A stretch of 64,000 nucleotides of DNA from Lobosporangium transversale (Eukaryota). A program made the translations under genes and the position numbers. The notes under the pieces are model-generated. The model saw only the letters and a program-made list of their open reading frames with translations. It was not told the origin of the DNA and did not search any database. The DNA is taken from contig NW_019029003.1 of NCBI RefSeq assembly GCF_002105155.1, positions 372,001 through 436,000 on the forward strand, written 5' to 3'. Positions 38,904 through 50,866 of this stretch are shown here, piece by piece (positions within the stretch are counted from its first letter, which is position 1; each line of letters begins with the position of its first letter).

Positions 38904-40025
38904 GGATAGTGGCAGTCAGAGCAAGTAAGAGTATAGGGCTAACAAGTGGATAGGAATTGGTGAGGGAAAGTGCGAAGAGAGCAAAGGCTCAAAAGAGATG
39001 GAAAGGAAGGAATGTGCCTAAAAGGTGTGTGTGCATGTGTACAAACCCGCTTTTTTTATGACGATGTGTATATTTTTAAACTTTACCTTGGCAGTACTCG
39101 ACAACGATATCCTAACAACAACTCCGTCATCATCGCATCGTTGGATACCGAAATGTTTACATTTTAGTTTTGACGCCAATGATCACAGCATCATTATTTG
39201 GCTGGATGAAGGGAGTCATAAAGGAATAGAGGCTCAAAAAAGAATAGAATAGTTAATCAACCCTCTCAGCATCGGATAAGCCCAGGTTGTGTCTCTTCAT
39301 GCATATATAGAGCTTTCATTGTTTTAAATAGTCTTCCTAAATGCACGCTGCTGATTATTTTAGTGTGTGCGGCGTGGGCAACATCTGTTCTCTCTTTTCG
39401 TTTCGTTCAAATGTATGTGGGGCAGTCACACAACTCTACATAGGTGTTACATGGGGATAGTACAGGAACTCAGCAAACACATCCATCTGTCTTGGTGTAA
39501 AAATCAGTCGTGAAAGCATCAACCCATCCATCGATATATCTACCATCAATATATTATCCAGAATCTCATAATATATTGGCCATAGTGGCATTCTTCCAGG
39601 CATTCTAAGCGAGATTTGGCATAGAATCAGATCTTTAGCTCGAGTTAGTGATTTGACAAGACCCAACAAGGATAAAAATACAGGACAAGAAATGTTTATT
39701 GGATTTTAGCGATTCTTGTCAAACAACACCAATTTCTGCCGCCATGATGAAAGATCTACATGAGAGGCGGTGTGAGGTCAGACAGAATAACGTTGCATGC
39801 CAGTACCCTGATCCTTCAGAATAATCTTGATTAAGGAGAACTATGCGACACGATTGCGATGCCAACATGGACTTTCAACCCCATTTTTATTTGAAGACTC
39901 AGCAGGAGTCAACGCTATAGTAGTGATTGGGATACGACTTTCACAAATGACTCTGATAGTATAGTGTACTAACCATACCATTTATGCATATCTGTTTGGT
40001 TATATCAACACTGTAGATATCAGAA

Positions 40026-41522
40026 ATGGTTCACAAGGTATGCAGCACTATACATCCTAGCAAATCAGCATTATTATATCAGAAGAGGAAGAGGAAGAGG
40101 AAGAGGAAGAGAACTGAAGGCCGTCGACCCTTTTATAGCCAGCTCTCAGAAATACTGCACTTTAGCATAAGGACAATAAGTAGGATCTGGAACAATAGAA
40201 CAAAGAAGGATCGATAAATAGATATTGATTGTATAGAATCATCGCCCTTAGCAAATACATCAAAATATCCGATGCATCAGATCGGAATCATACGGACGAG
40301 ACATGAAAAAAAAAAAAAAAAGAAAAACAAAAGAATGTACTAGTACATCAAATGAGGAAGGAGAGAAGGAACCAGAAATCTCTACTTGAAGTCTGAATTC
40401 GGGAGGTTTGGTTTTGACAGGAAACACGAACTCACCATGACAAATGAATAGGATTTCTGCGAATGAAAAATCATGCAAAAGCAATGGACATCCTGACCAT
40501 ATTCTTCGCATCAGGAACTAGAGCAAGTGGAGAAAAAAAGAAGTGGCAAGCAAGCAATGAGCAATATGACCACCACACCACTATCATCATTATCTCTTCA
40601 GTCAACAGTATACAACAAAGAGAGGATGCTTGGATTTCCAATTTGGTGAAATTAACCGACACACGCTTTATATACCAACTTATCTGCTTCCCCTAGCCTC
40701 GCAACTCTCTCCTGACTGCTGGCGTCTCCAAGTACAGCCGCTCCCAGGTCATCGCCAAGCGTGCCTTGTATAAGCGCAAGCCCACTGGAACCGTTGCTGC
40801 TGCCCCTAAGGCTGCCAACAAGACTGTCGAGGTTAAGGGCGGCAAGAACGGTGGTTCTCGTGTCATTGCTGCTTCCAAGGCACCTCGCTTCTATTCCGCC
40901 GAGGATGTTGCTGTCCCCAAGAAGAACCGTAAGCATGCTGGCACCGCTAAGCTCCGCACCTCCATCGTCCCTGGTACTGTCCTCATCCTCTTGGCCGGTC
41001 GCTACCGTGGCAAGCGCGTTGTTTTCTTGAAGCAGCTCGAGTCTGGCTTGTTGCTCGTTTCTGGCCCCTTCAAGGTTAATGGCGTTCCCCTCAAGCGCGT
41101 CAATCAGGCCTACGTTATTGCCACCTCCACTAAGGTTGACATTGATGCTTCCAAGGTGCGTTTATCAAATTACATTATACAACAATGTACTTAAGGGATT
41201 ATGGAATATCTGCATTTGTCAAGCCAAGTTAATAAGGTACTGATTGACTTTTTCATAATGGGTAATTGTCTTATAGGTTGATGCCCAGTTGAATGATGCC
41301 TACTTTGCCCGTCCCAAGAGTGCCAAGAAGGTCGCCACTGAGGAGGCCTTCTTCGAGGGCCAGAAGAAGAAGGAGCCTCTTGCTGAAAATAAGGTTGCTC
41401 TCCAAAAGTCCACTGACAAGCTTATCCTCGAGGCTGTCAACAAGGTTGAGCACCTCCGCCAGTACTTGGCTTCCAAGTTCTCCCTTTCCAAGGGCCAGGC
41501 TCCTCACGCTCTCAAGTTCTAA
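40026..41522 (+). CDS. RPL6: 60S ribosomal protein L6 (eL6); exons 40026-40037, 40697-41155, 41277-41522
   Basis: MVHK|PRNSLL...[60 protein letters not shown]...[19 protein letters not shown]. Strong codon bias typical of highly expressed genes. Confidence 0.97.
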
Positions 41523-41679
41523 ATGAATTGAATCAAACCAAATATCAATAACAGTGCTTCTTGTGAATAAAGGATGAGTGAACCTATTTCTTTCCTTAAT
41601 ATGGACTTGTACATCATATCATCCCTATTTTAATACATATTTTTTTCTTTCTATACATGATCAATCAAAAGGGAAGAGA

Positions 41680-42159
41680 TGCTCATGCGGATGGTAGTTG
41701 GGGTGGGTGAATGAGTATAGAGATGTCTTTATCCGATTATATGAAATGGTTAGCATGGCAAGGTAATACTCAAAATACACAACCATACTACACTGAAAGA
41801 CCCCCTTTGATGACTAATGTCCATCTTTCACCATTGGATACCTTTAATGGTGGTAGAAGGAGCGATGTGGATTGATTGTTTTATTGGCACTATAGCAAAT
41901 TAGCTGTCTTTGCGTATTAAGGTAAGCTACTTTTTGCGTGGGATATTACATCCACATCGTAACTGATGAACATTAATGGCATATCATTGTTATGCCATTA
42001 CTCACCACTATACTGTCGAGGTTGTTAAGTACGAAAACCAAAACACATGTCAATCAGCCAAGCACAACTATTAGGTTCCCTGACATTCGCCGCTGTGTCA
42101 AATGCGCTTGATTTGTTGATTTCACCCTAGCCATCAATTTGAGACATGCATTTTTTTTT
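41680..42159 (+). ncRNA. Candidate large structured non-coding RNA A (unclassified)
   Basis: Multiple stems, including perfect 10-bp pairs 41863-41872/41950-41959 and 41974-41983/41991-42000; closing pairing of 41690-41705 with 42123-42135; T-run at 42151-42159; G-U pairs favour the + strand. Confidence 0.4.
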
Positions 42160-42624
42160 ATGCCTACTCTCTCTCCACGTTGAGGCATTTAAAAAGAACT
42201 TGCGCAGTATTGGCCACGCTATCTAAAGACTTTTACATTTATTATAATGGTAAAGCTGGAGTAAATATAAGAACTAAATGTCATCAGGAGCTTGGAAGTG
42301 GAGATTTATTATACCCCTTGTCAGATGTCAATGTGTTTCTAGCAAAGAGACTGTTGTGGGCCTTTCTCTTTTCAGTCAAACACTAATCATTCTGCTCGCT
42401 TTTACATCAATAAAACTTTTTATACTTTTAAAACGCAGGATGTTCTTAGTATTTTTCTATGTTATTTACATCATCGTCTAAAGCTTTTCCGGTTAGGACA
42501 AGCATGAGGCTGTACATGTATACACTATATCTTGAATAATTCTCAGTGCGCTTTTATCATCAAATAAACAGAAGAAAGAGAAAAAAAGCTACAGTGTATC
42601 ATTGAGTCGAAAAAAGGGGGCAGA

Positions 42625-44317
42625 TCATCGATTTTCCCAAAAATCTTCACCTTCATCATCCTCCTGGATGGAGCCCCCGTATTGTCCATCCTCATTCACA
42701 GCCTGGGACTCAGCCTCGCCAAGGTCCAAACTTGCGGCGTCTTGAAACTCACGTTGATTTTCAAGTCTGAGGTGAACATTATGGAGGTCTGCTTCCTGAT
42801 CCTCGCTCATTACTGCAATTTCCCTCTCCGGATCACGCAATGGATCCCAATCGTCATCCTCGTCCTCGTTGTCATCACCATTAGAACTATTATTATAGCT
42901 ATTATCGCCTTCTCGACCTGGTCTTCTACGGGGCAATGCACCTGTAGGTTTTCCAGAGGCATTGGCGGCTCGGCGGATGTCATTTTCTAAGGACTTTCTG
43001 CGCTGCGAAGTCTCCAATGGAAGAGAGAGCGGTTCACCGCCATATGCAGGCGTACTACTTCCATTCTCTTCGTCCTCTAGCTCCTCCTTGTCCCAGTCAT
43101 GAATACTAGGATCCTCTTTTAGCAGTGCAATGTCACTATCGTTATCGCTGCCCATGCTGTTACGAAGGATAATACCATCTTGAGGGATGAATGTCTCGCT
43201 GTCATCGTCTCGATCCCGTTGCTCTTGGTCTCCCGAGGAAGCTGAATCGCGTCTCGCCTGCTCTCTGATCTGTTCAGACTCTGCCTTATCAAGCAGCTGA
43301 ATTCGCACGGGGCGCTGAAAACCCTTCTTTGCAGAGGTACTATTTCGTCTGTGACTTGCTGTCGTGTGGGATTGTTGTGAGGGCATGAAGAGTGAAGATG
43401 GTGACCTAACTGAGGAGGGAGAACGAGGGCCACTGCTTCTTCCTCCAGTAACTGACGTCTGAACGTTGTTTTTATCACTGTCATGACGTTGATACGTAGG
43501 AGTATTGCTAGACTCTAGAGAAAATAAAATTTTACATCATGATGAGACTTTGAAAGATATTTAGCTCAAAAAAAGTCTTTAGTCGACATTACAGTTTACT
43601 GTTACCTGTCGCTGTTGGGGACGAAGAATTGATTCCTGCAGCGACTTGTGAGGATCCAGGATACCTAGACATCACTGGGGTAGGGGGCTGTTCGCTGGCA
43701 TCAATGTCCATTCCCAAGGATGGGGATGACGTATCAATGGGCTCTCCATATGCCGCTGTTGCCTCAGCTTCATCTAAAACGACTGGTGGACGTTGACTAG
43801 AAGAATGTACTAGGTCTGCTAAGGATCGTCTCCTGCTCATGGTGGGATGTGAAGTTTGGGATGGCACAATGGAAGACGAGGCTGCTGCAGAGTGTCGTCG
43901 TGCCCGTGGGATAGTATTATCTTTGTCTGGGTGGATAATGGGTTCAAGTAGTGCATAATCCGTCGCCGTTGGCTCATTTTCTAAAGAGCCATACCGTACT
44001 CGCTTGGGTGGTGGTTGTGCTGAGCTAGACTGCGATTGAGGAAGAGTGACATGATCAGACTTATCGACCTTATCTTCGAGATTGTGAGCGTCATCCATGA
44101 TCAAAAAGCTGGACTGAAGGACGGCGCTGCTAGGTGCCATGCTGTTAATGTCATTGTTATCAACAAATTCTGTCTCGAGTGCAGCGAGCGACCGCTTTGG
44201 GTAACCGCGGGTGAGCAATACTTCTGGCGCAGGCTCGAGCGTGCCAGTCGTAGTTTGAATAGAGCCATGAGTGTCCGCATCCGCGGCAGACTGAGCAGAT
44301 GAAGGCGTAGAGGCCAT
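42625..44317 (-). CDS. Hypothetical low-complexity, acidic, probably disordered protein; 2 exons (44317-43606, 43514-42625)
   Basis: Two ORFs join in frame across a GT-AG intron (43515-43605). Contains a PPPKRVR NLS-like motif; no folded domain recognised. Confidence 0.7.
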
Positions 44318-44511
44318 AGAAGGATGAGAATGAATGATATCTATGCGAGTATGACCGTTTCTGAGTGAATGGGAAAATCTGAGCAAGATAGAGAGACAAG
44401 AAAGATGGAGACACAATGTCACGCACACGAGCGTCTTCGCCCAGTTCAAGTGGCTGAACCTTTTATTTTAGTGTCGCCGTGGACATATTCTAATAACCCA
44501 CTCTTTAAAGA

Positions 44512-46017
44512 ATGCATACTGTGGAACAGGTTAATAACAACAATCACGACTATGATCAAGTTCAATTTCGCAGCATTACTAATGTACAACCGCAGAAACT
44601 AACAGGTCAAATAGTTCATGCTCGCCGGTGTTATAAACGGATGTTCTTTATTGATTTGCGAATCAACGAATCGTTCAAATGTACGATCCTCTTTCGCTCT
44701 GACGATTCTCGCGAAAACCTCCCTGGAGAATTAACCGACCATGAACTCATTTCCCATTGGAAGAGAGTCCGACGGGGTGATAAAGTCTGTGTGCCGGTAT
44801 TTGAGGCATCTGAAGAAGAAAAGTCCAAGAGAGATTATCCTGTCTATCAAGCATTGGATTTTGTGGTGTTGAAGGCATGGCCTGGGAATGACCCTTTCCC
44901 ACCTGAGCCCGCTATGGGTCTTAAAAAATCCAACAGTTCATCCGATACATTACCTGGCGAGGTTATGACGGCAATCTGTATACGATCAACAGTATCGACA
45001 CTATCCATGTCATCCACATCTTCAACTCAATTAAAGATGGTGATTGAGGGCGACTCTATTCAAAGTACGGAGCTGGCTCCATGGGAAGATTACTGTAAAT
45101 TTTGGATCAATTCATTAAAATGCATCAAGAAGGATTGTCTCAAAAGACATCCAACAGGGACGGAGTATAATCGCGTCCAAGAGATATGGGTGAAAGAACA
45201 TTCGCAAGCTAGAAAAGAGCGGTCCAAACTGCTAGAGGACCCGCATGCAATTTCTTCCAAAGTGCCACATTCGCAACGTGCATTGATATTTTGCAAGTGG
45301 CTCGTCCGTGAGTTTGGAAAAGACTTCCTCAATTCTGGATCAGGAGTCCTTGACATTGCTGGCGGAAAAGGGGAGGTTTCTATGTTTCTCACACATATGT
45401 TTGGTGTTCGATCAACTGTGGTCGAGCCAAACGAGCGCAAGGACAAACCATATAAGCGCAAGATTCTCATGAATGCTATTAAAAAGCAACTCGATATCGA
45501 GGCTGGAGGCGATGGTCATTTATACAAGAGAATGGATCCATTGTTGTTGGCACTCAACAACCAGCAGAGTATGAATGCGCAAACTAAGCCCCAGCAAGAA
45601 GTTGATCACGCCACTGATGCCGAGATAATAAAGGACGAGAAACGCCGCCACAAAAAGCAACAGATAGAGCAGTTTGTAGTTCCACGATTGACCGCTTTAC
45701 TCGATGAGAGCTTTCTAGTAAACCATAAGGATGTGTTTGAAGGCGCGTCTATCTTGATCGGGATGCATCCTGACCAGGCGACTGAGCCTATTGTAGATAT
45801 AGCGCTAAAGCATGACAAGCCATTCGCTGTAGTGCCTTGCTGCGTGTTTGCGCACGACAACCCGCATCGACGATTGTCTGATGGCGGTAGGGTCAACACG
45901 ACAATTGAGTTTGTTCAATATCTAATGGAGAAGAAACCTCTTGGAAATCGCATATCCAAAGACTACCTGCCCTTTGATGGCATCAATGTCGTGGTTTTCC
46001 AAAAAATAAGCCACTAA
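44512..46017 (+). CDS. OB-fold + CCCH zinc finger + class I SAM-dependent methyltransferase (putative RNA methyltransferase); intronless
   Basis: N-terminal LTGQIVHARRCYKRMFFIDLR (tRNA-anticodon OB-like), CKFWINSLKCIKKDCLKRH (C3H1), VLDIAGGKG (SAM motif I), GMHPDQATEPIVDIAL...FAVVPCCVF. Confidence 0.8.
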   Translation: MHTVEQVNNNNHDYDQVQFRSITNVQPQKLTGQIVHARRCYKRMFFIDLRINESFKCTILFRSDDSRENLPGELTDHELISHWKRVRRGDKVCVPVFEASEEEKSKRDYPVYQALDFVVLKAWPGNDPFPPEPAMGLKKSNSSSDTLPGEVMTAICIRSTVSTLSMSSTSSTQLKMVIEGDSIQSTELAPWEDYCKFWINSLKCIKKDCLKRHPTGTEYNRVQEIWVKEHSQARKERSKLLEDPHAISSKVPHSQRALIFCKWLVREFGKDFLNSGSGVLDIAGGKGEVSMFLTHMFGVRSTVVEPNERKDKPYKRKILMNAIKKQLDIEAGGDGHLYKRMDPLLLALNNQQSMNAQTKPQQEVDHATDAEIIKDEKRRHKKQQIEQFVVPRLTALLDESFLVNHKDVFEGASILIGMHPDQATEPIVDIALKHDKPFAVVPCCVFAHDNPHRRLSDGGRVNTTIEFVQYLMEKKPLGNRISKDYLPFDGINVVVFQKISH

Positions 46018-46526
46018 AAAATAAAAGATGACGAATGCAATTTTATCACACACTCTTTGCTTCTTCCTCCACTTCCGTGACGCAGCACTTCACCAACACA
46101 GGTATGCCCAGTATGATCGCGGACTACCACAATTGTCGACGTCGTGCCAATGGATTGTCAACGACATTGTTGGATTAGGAGAAGTCTTTTCTCTCCTCTC
46201 TTTCCTTCTTTCTTTTTCTTCTTTCCTTTTCCTTTTTTTTTTTTTTTTTTTTTTTTTTTTGTTTTTCTCCATCGCGAAATCATTCTTGTCATGTCATTGT
46301 TGCGAGAGAATGACATTCTGCGTGTTTATGAAGTGTAGTCTAGGGCTTGTGAAGCGTGAACTTCTTTGTCTTTATTCTTTGCCTTGGCTTCAATGGAATC
46401 TTTTACAATGACACTTCAAGGACTATACATGTTTGCTGACTACCTTACTCTATCCCTGCAGGCACAAACATATCGTCACGTCTTTATCAAACTTTACGTT
46501 CCCACAACCTGTAGCACTGCTGCACT

Positions 46527-47942
46527 ATGACAAACTCGACCTTCGATGATAGGACAGCTCCAACCACCATGTCCGAAGCAGTCAATGCAGTGAACGCAGC
46601 TATCGTCGCTGCTGTTGCTGCTGGTGAAGGAACATCAACCTTCTCAAGTAGAGATGCTACGCATGATCATTTAAGCAGTATCCGTCATATCGACAATTTA
46701 AGCTCTATTGAAAACCTCAACTCATCGGCTATCGAGACGATTGTCGCAGCCATCCCCAGGCTTAAGCGACCTGCTGAAGATGACGCTGGGAACATTGATG
46801 ACAGTGCCAAGCTACGCAGGCTCCAAGAGGAAGTTAACAACAACGCCAATGCTGCTGCTGGCATTCTGTCAGGCAGTAGCAATCACAGCAGTAATACCAG
46901 TAGTACCCATAGCCCTAGTCATTCTGGAACAGAGACGCATGTCGCTGCATCTAATGAGACAGAGGATACCGCCACGGTGCCCCCTAACGCCAAGTCGGAT
47001 CCTAAGGATACGTCAGTTACTTCAACTACCCAAGCACAGCAATCCAAATCAATTCAAGTCACCCCAGGGATGCACGAAGTTATGGCGGATCTGATGAGGA
47101 TGCAGCAGATGGTCAAGAAGGATCCTAGACAAATCACTTCCTTCACAACTAATCCCAATAACCAAGCTACTCTAGAGCAACTCACGTCTCTTACGTCCAG
47201 TGCTTTAGCAAATGTCCTTGCACAGGCGCCTCTTTCTTCTAGTGACCTTCAAAATAGCATCCAAAGTCAACGGGAGCCTGAATCACAACCACAACCCCAG
47301 CCGCAGCCTCAGGCACAGACACAGTCACGCTCACAACATGTACAAGAGTCGGAGACTACCCAAGGAATTTTGGCATCGGTGCCTGCGACCACAGAAAGCG
47401 CTTCTGCAAATGATGCAGCAGCCATTCTTGAAGACGACGTCCTTAATGGAAAGCGAACTAGCCGTGACATGTCAAATGAAGAACGGAGACAACGGCGCCT
47501 TTTGAGGAACCGCGTAGCGGCTAAGGAGTGTCGCAAGAAGAAGAAGGCCTATGTTAATGAGCTCCAGGATACCTGCACACGATTGCAAGAAGAGAACGCA
47601 AGACTGTACAAAGAAATCGAGGAGCTTAATGCCAAGCTGACATTGAGCGCCATGCGTATCGATGAGAATGTTCGTCTCATCAAGGAAGTGGAGCAACTAA
47701 GCGCAAAACTGACACTTGGAGCGATGGCCCATATGAATGCATCGGTCGTTTCTGGATCTCAGTCTCCATCCAAGGTTGCGGATGGCTCTAGCTTAGAGCA
47801 GCAAGTAGAAGAATCACGGGCTTCTACATCTGGAGCACAGGCTTCTTCTCCTGCCTCAGCCCCTACTTCCGACTCCTCCCTGACTTCTGCTCCTGCTTCC
47901 GCTCTAGGACCATCAGAAACATCCATTGAGGCTTCTACTTAG
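46527..47942 (+). CDS. bZIP transcription factor (ATF/CREB-like)
   Basis: EERRQRRLLRNRVAAKECRKKKKAYVNELQ followed by a leucine zipper. Probable 5'UTR intron approx. 46102-46461. Confidence 0.9.
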   Translation: MTNSTFDDRTAPTTMSEAVNAVNAAIVAAVAAGEGTSTFSSRDATHDHLSSIRHIDNLSSIENLNSSAIETIVAAIPRLKRPAEDDAGNIDDSAKLRRLQEEVNNNANAAAGILSGSSNHSSNTSSTHSPSHSGTETHVAASNETEDTATVPPNAKSDPKDTSVTSTTQAQQSKSIQVTPGMHEVMADLMRMQQMVKKDPRQITSFTTNPNNQATLEQLTSLTSSALANVLAQAPLSSSDLQNSIQSQREPESQPQPQPQPQAQTQSRSQHVQESETTQGILASVPATTESASANDAAAILEDDVLNGKRTSRDMSNEERRQRRLLRNRVAAKECRKKKKAYVNELQDTCTRLQEENARLYKEIEELNAKLTLSAMRIDENVRLIKEVEQLSAKLTLGAMAHMNASVVSGSQSPSKVADGSSLEQQVEESRASTSGAQASSPASAPTSDSSLTSAPASALGPSETSIEAST

Positions 47943-49567
47943 ACAGAGCAACCAATGTTTCTCAATTTTTGTTATGGGTCTGTATATTGTAACTTGTACA
48001 AAAAAAAAAAAAAAGAAAAAAAAAAAAAACTTAATAAAGCAGATTTCTGTTATTTTTTTGTTAAAGCTAGAATAGAGAGCAAGTAGCCTTTACTACTGTA
48101 ATCTTGATCTTTAAACTGCTCGTTGACTTTTTCGTGTATTTTCCATCACTGGAGTGAATCATTCTTCTGGATAGCCTATTGTGAAGAGTATTTGTTTCCC
48201 ATGCCATCCTAACAAGAGGGTACGTGCTGGAGAGTTCTGATTGGACGGCTTAATGTGCGCCCTTTTGTCGGATGGCAGCAGGGCCTTGTTTGCACACGAA
48301 CCTTTTGAATGGATGCAAACTATTGCGAAAGAATAAATAATTGATGAGAGCTCTTGTGCAACGATTTATGCAGCTAGCAGGGGAGGAGACAATGACAGAT
48401 GACGGCATGTGTAAGGCGCGTTGATAGACGATATACTTTTGTGAGTGAAAACAGAATTCTGAGACGATGTTTTCTGTCTTGGAAATTCCATAGTTGCGGT
48501 TGACACGCGACTGCAGATCAGTCGACAATGTAATATGTACAATGTAAAGGAATATTCACTTTACATGAAAGACTGAAAGACTGAGAAAGAAAGTGAGGAT
48601 TCAGAAGCAAATCATTTTTGTATAAAGATGAGAAGAGCGACTGCGACCCCTGATGATAAATAGCACAATATTCAGTTATGAGTGGACTGATAATGATGAT
48701 GACGATAGTGATGATAGGTTTGATTTGAAGACACTGGATAGATAGAAAGTATAGATTAAGAAAGCTAATAGACAACTTTGTTGCAAAGACATATTCGATA
48801 GTTATTACTTTATCAATTATCTATCCTTCATCGACACTCATGTGTCTTTATTTTGCTAATAATGTTGATGATACATGTTTATAATATTTTCTTTTTAAAG
48901 TTATTTTGCTCATTTGTTTTTTCTTGAAACCCCTTGCTTGTTCAGAGAAGTGGCCTTTTGTTGCATCCGAAGGAGAGGTCTGTGAGACTTGGATGGGTTG
49001 TTTGTGTCTACATTTGTGAATGTGGGGGAAGGAGAAGAGAGGTTGTGTTTTTCCTTGGGACAAAATAAAAGAAGTACCGTAAGTGGATGTGTAGGATGCC
49101 ACCCTGGCAATAACCCATTTCTATGTTTATGCCATGTCTCGGCCTTTGTCCTCTCGTTGGAAGGGACTGAGAGGCAATGGACTATGGTCTCACTTAAAGA
49201 GACGCTCTCTCTTTTCTCTTTTCTTTTTTTCTTCCTTTTCCTTTCTTTAGCCACTCTTTCTTTCATATCCCCTTACTTCCCTTAAAATTTTTTATTTTTT
49301 GTCTTTCATCATTACCAGGTACTTTTGTGGTTGCAAGGACTCTCATTTTGCATGGAATGATGTCAGGACCATGAGCCATACTGTCCGAATGACCATTGAC
49401 TGATTCTTTTTTTTTTTCTTATTTTTTTATTTTTATTTTTTATTTTTAAGGTCGTCTAAAAGAAGGGCAACAAATCAAAAAGGAATATAGCATATTCACA
49501 CGTCGTTCTCGGACAAACTTTCAGACAACTAGACGCTTTTTCATTCTTTTCTCAACAAATAACTATC

Positions 49568-50647
49568 ATGGATTCCGTGCACGATTACTCGCGCAAGATT
49601 GAGGATATTATCGATCGTATTGGCCAAGTAAGCCTTTTTTATTTTTTTTTTATTTATTTTTTATCTCCTTTTCTTGCGATGTAAGCGAGCAAAGAATGAA
49701 CTACATTGCAATGTTCGTTACTGACCATTCTGAACCTGATTGAATTTAGCCGATCAAACCATACATTCCAGCGATTGCACGTCTCCTCATTGTCGTCACC
49801 TTTCTTGAGGATGCCGTTCGTATCTCAACTCAATTCAGCGACCAGCTTTATTATCTTCAACGCTATCGCGGTTTCCCTTGGGGTCTTAGTCATCTTTTCC
49901 TGCTTGGTAATGTCTTGGTAAGTCAAATCCACTCGAGATTTTTTTTTTTATTATTCCTTGAACAAGTGCTACAGATTGTGTTCTAGTTAATGACAGGACT
50001 CTTTACTCACTTTTGTATGAAACATTCTTCATCGTATATACCACGTTGCATTAATGTAGACCATGTTATCTTGCTCCGCGATGGTAATCGCAAGGAAACA
50101 TACTGAATACGCAGCAGCGGCTCTGTTCAGTGTCGTGATTATTCAGGCATTAGGTTATGGGTTGATTTTCGACGCCGGCTTTTTCCTGCGTAACCTTTCT
50201 GTAATCGGTGGTCTGTTGATGGTTGTATCAGATGGTTTAAACAAACGTCGTCAACTCTTCGCTGGTCTGCCTTCGATCACCGAGAACAATAAGCGAACGT
50301 ACTTCCAACTCGCTGGTCGAGTACTTCTTATCTTTTTGTTTTTCGGCTTTGCCCTGCATGGACAGTGGTCGGTTACTCGTGTTGTTGGAGCCATCATTGG
50401 TTTCGCAGCCTGCGTGATGGTTGCCATTGGCTTCAAGGCCAAGTGGTCGGCCATGTTCCTGGTTCTTTTCTTATCTGTGTTCAATATTGTGGTCAATAAT
50501 TGGTGGTCTGTTGAGAATGCTCATTCACAAAAGGATTTTCTCAAATACGACTTTTTCCAGACCCTTTCAATTATGGGCGGTCTCTTGCTCCTTGTCAACA
50601 TTGGGCCTGGTGGCATGAGCATGGATGAAAAGAAAAAGGAGTGGTAG
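49568..50647 (+). CDS. ERV29: ER cargo receptor Erv29/SURF4; 3 coding exons
   Basis: KPYIPAIARLLIVVTFLEDAVRI, FFLRNLSVIGGLL, YFQLAGRVLL, DFLKYDFFQTLSIMGGLLLLVNIGPGGMSMDEKKKEW with a C-terminal dilysine motif. Confidence 0.95.
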
Positions 50648-50866
50648 ACAAAAACCCTTTCTTTCATTATTCGCACTGTTTTCCCTTCGCTTCCCTCTCT
50701 TTCTTTCCTCTCAATGTGTAGTCTACTTTGCACTTTCATTTACTCTAAATAAAATTTCGTGGCTTGTTGTCCATCATTCAGCCACTTTTTTTTTTTTTTT
50801 TTTTTTTTTTTGTTGTTACGGCTTCTGCTTCCTCCACTTCGTTCATTCATTCGTTCATTACACAAA

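Noticed and set aside
39436..39900. Coding-like fragments upstream of RPL6
   Set aside because: No recognisable family or consistent frame; too weak to call a pseudogene.
41800..42100. U3 or U14 snoRNA (TGATGA boxes, CTGA, CATTCGC)
   Set aside because: No U3 box A. Only 7 nt match U14 domain A and there is no domain B. The 9-nt 25S-complementary CCATCTTTC is not adjacent to a D box.
48250..48775. Short - strand ORFs between the bZIP gene and ERV29
   Set aside because: No domain, codon bias or splice pattern supports them.
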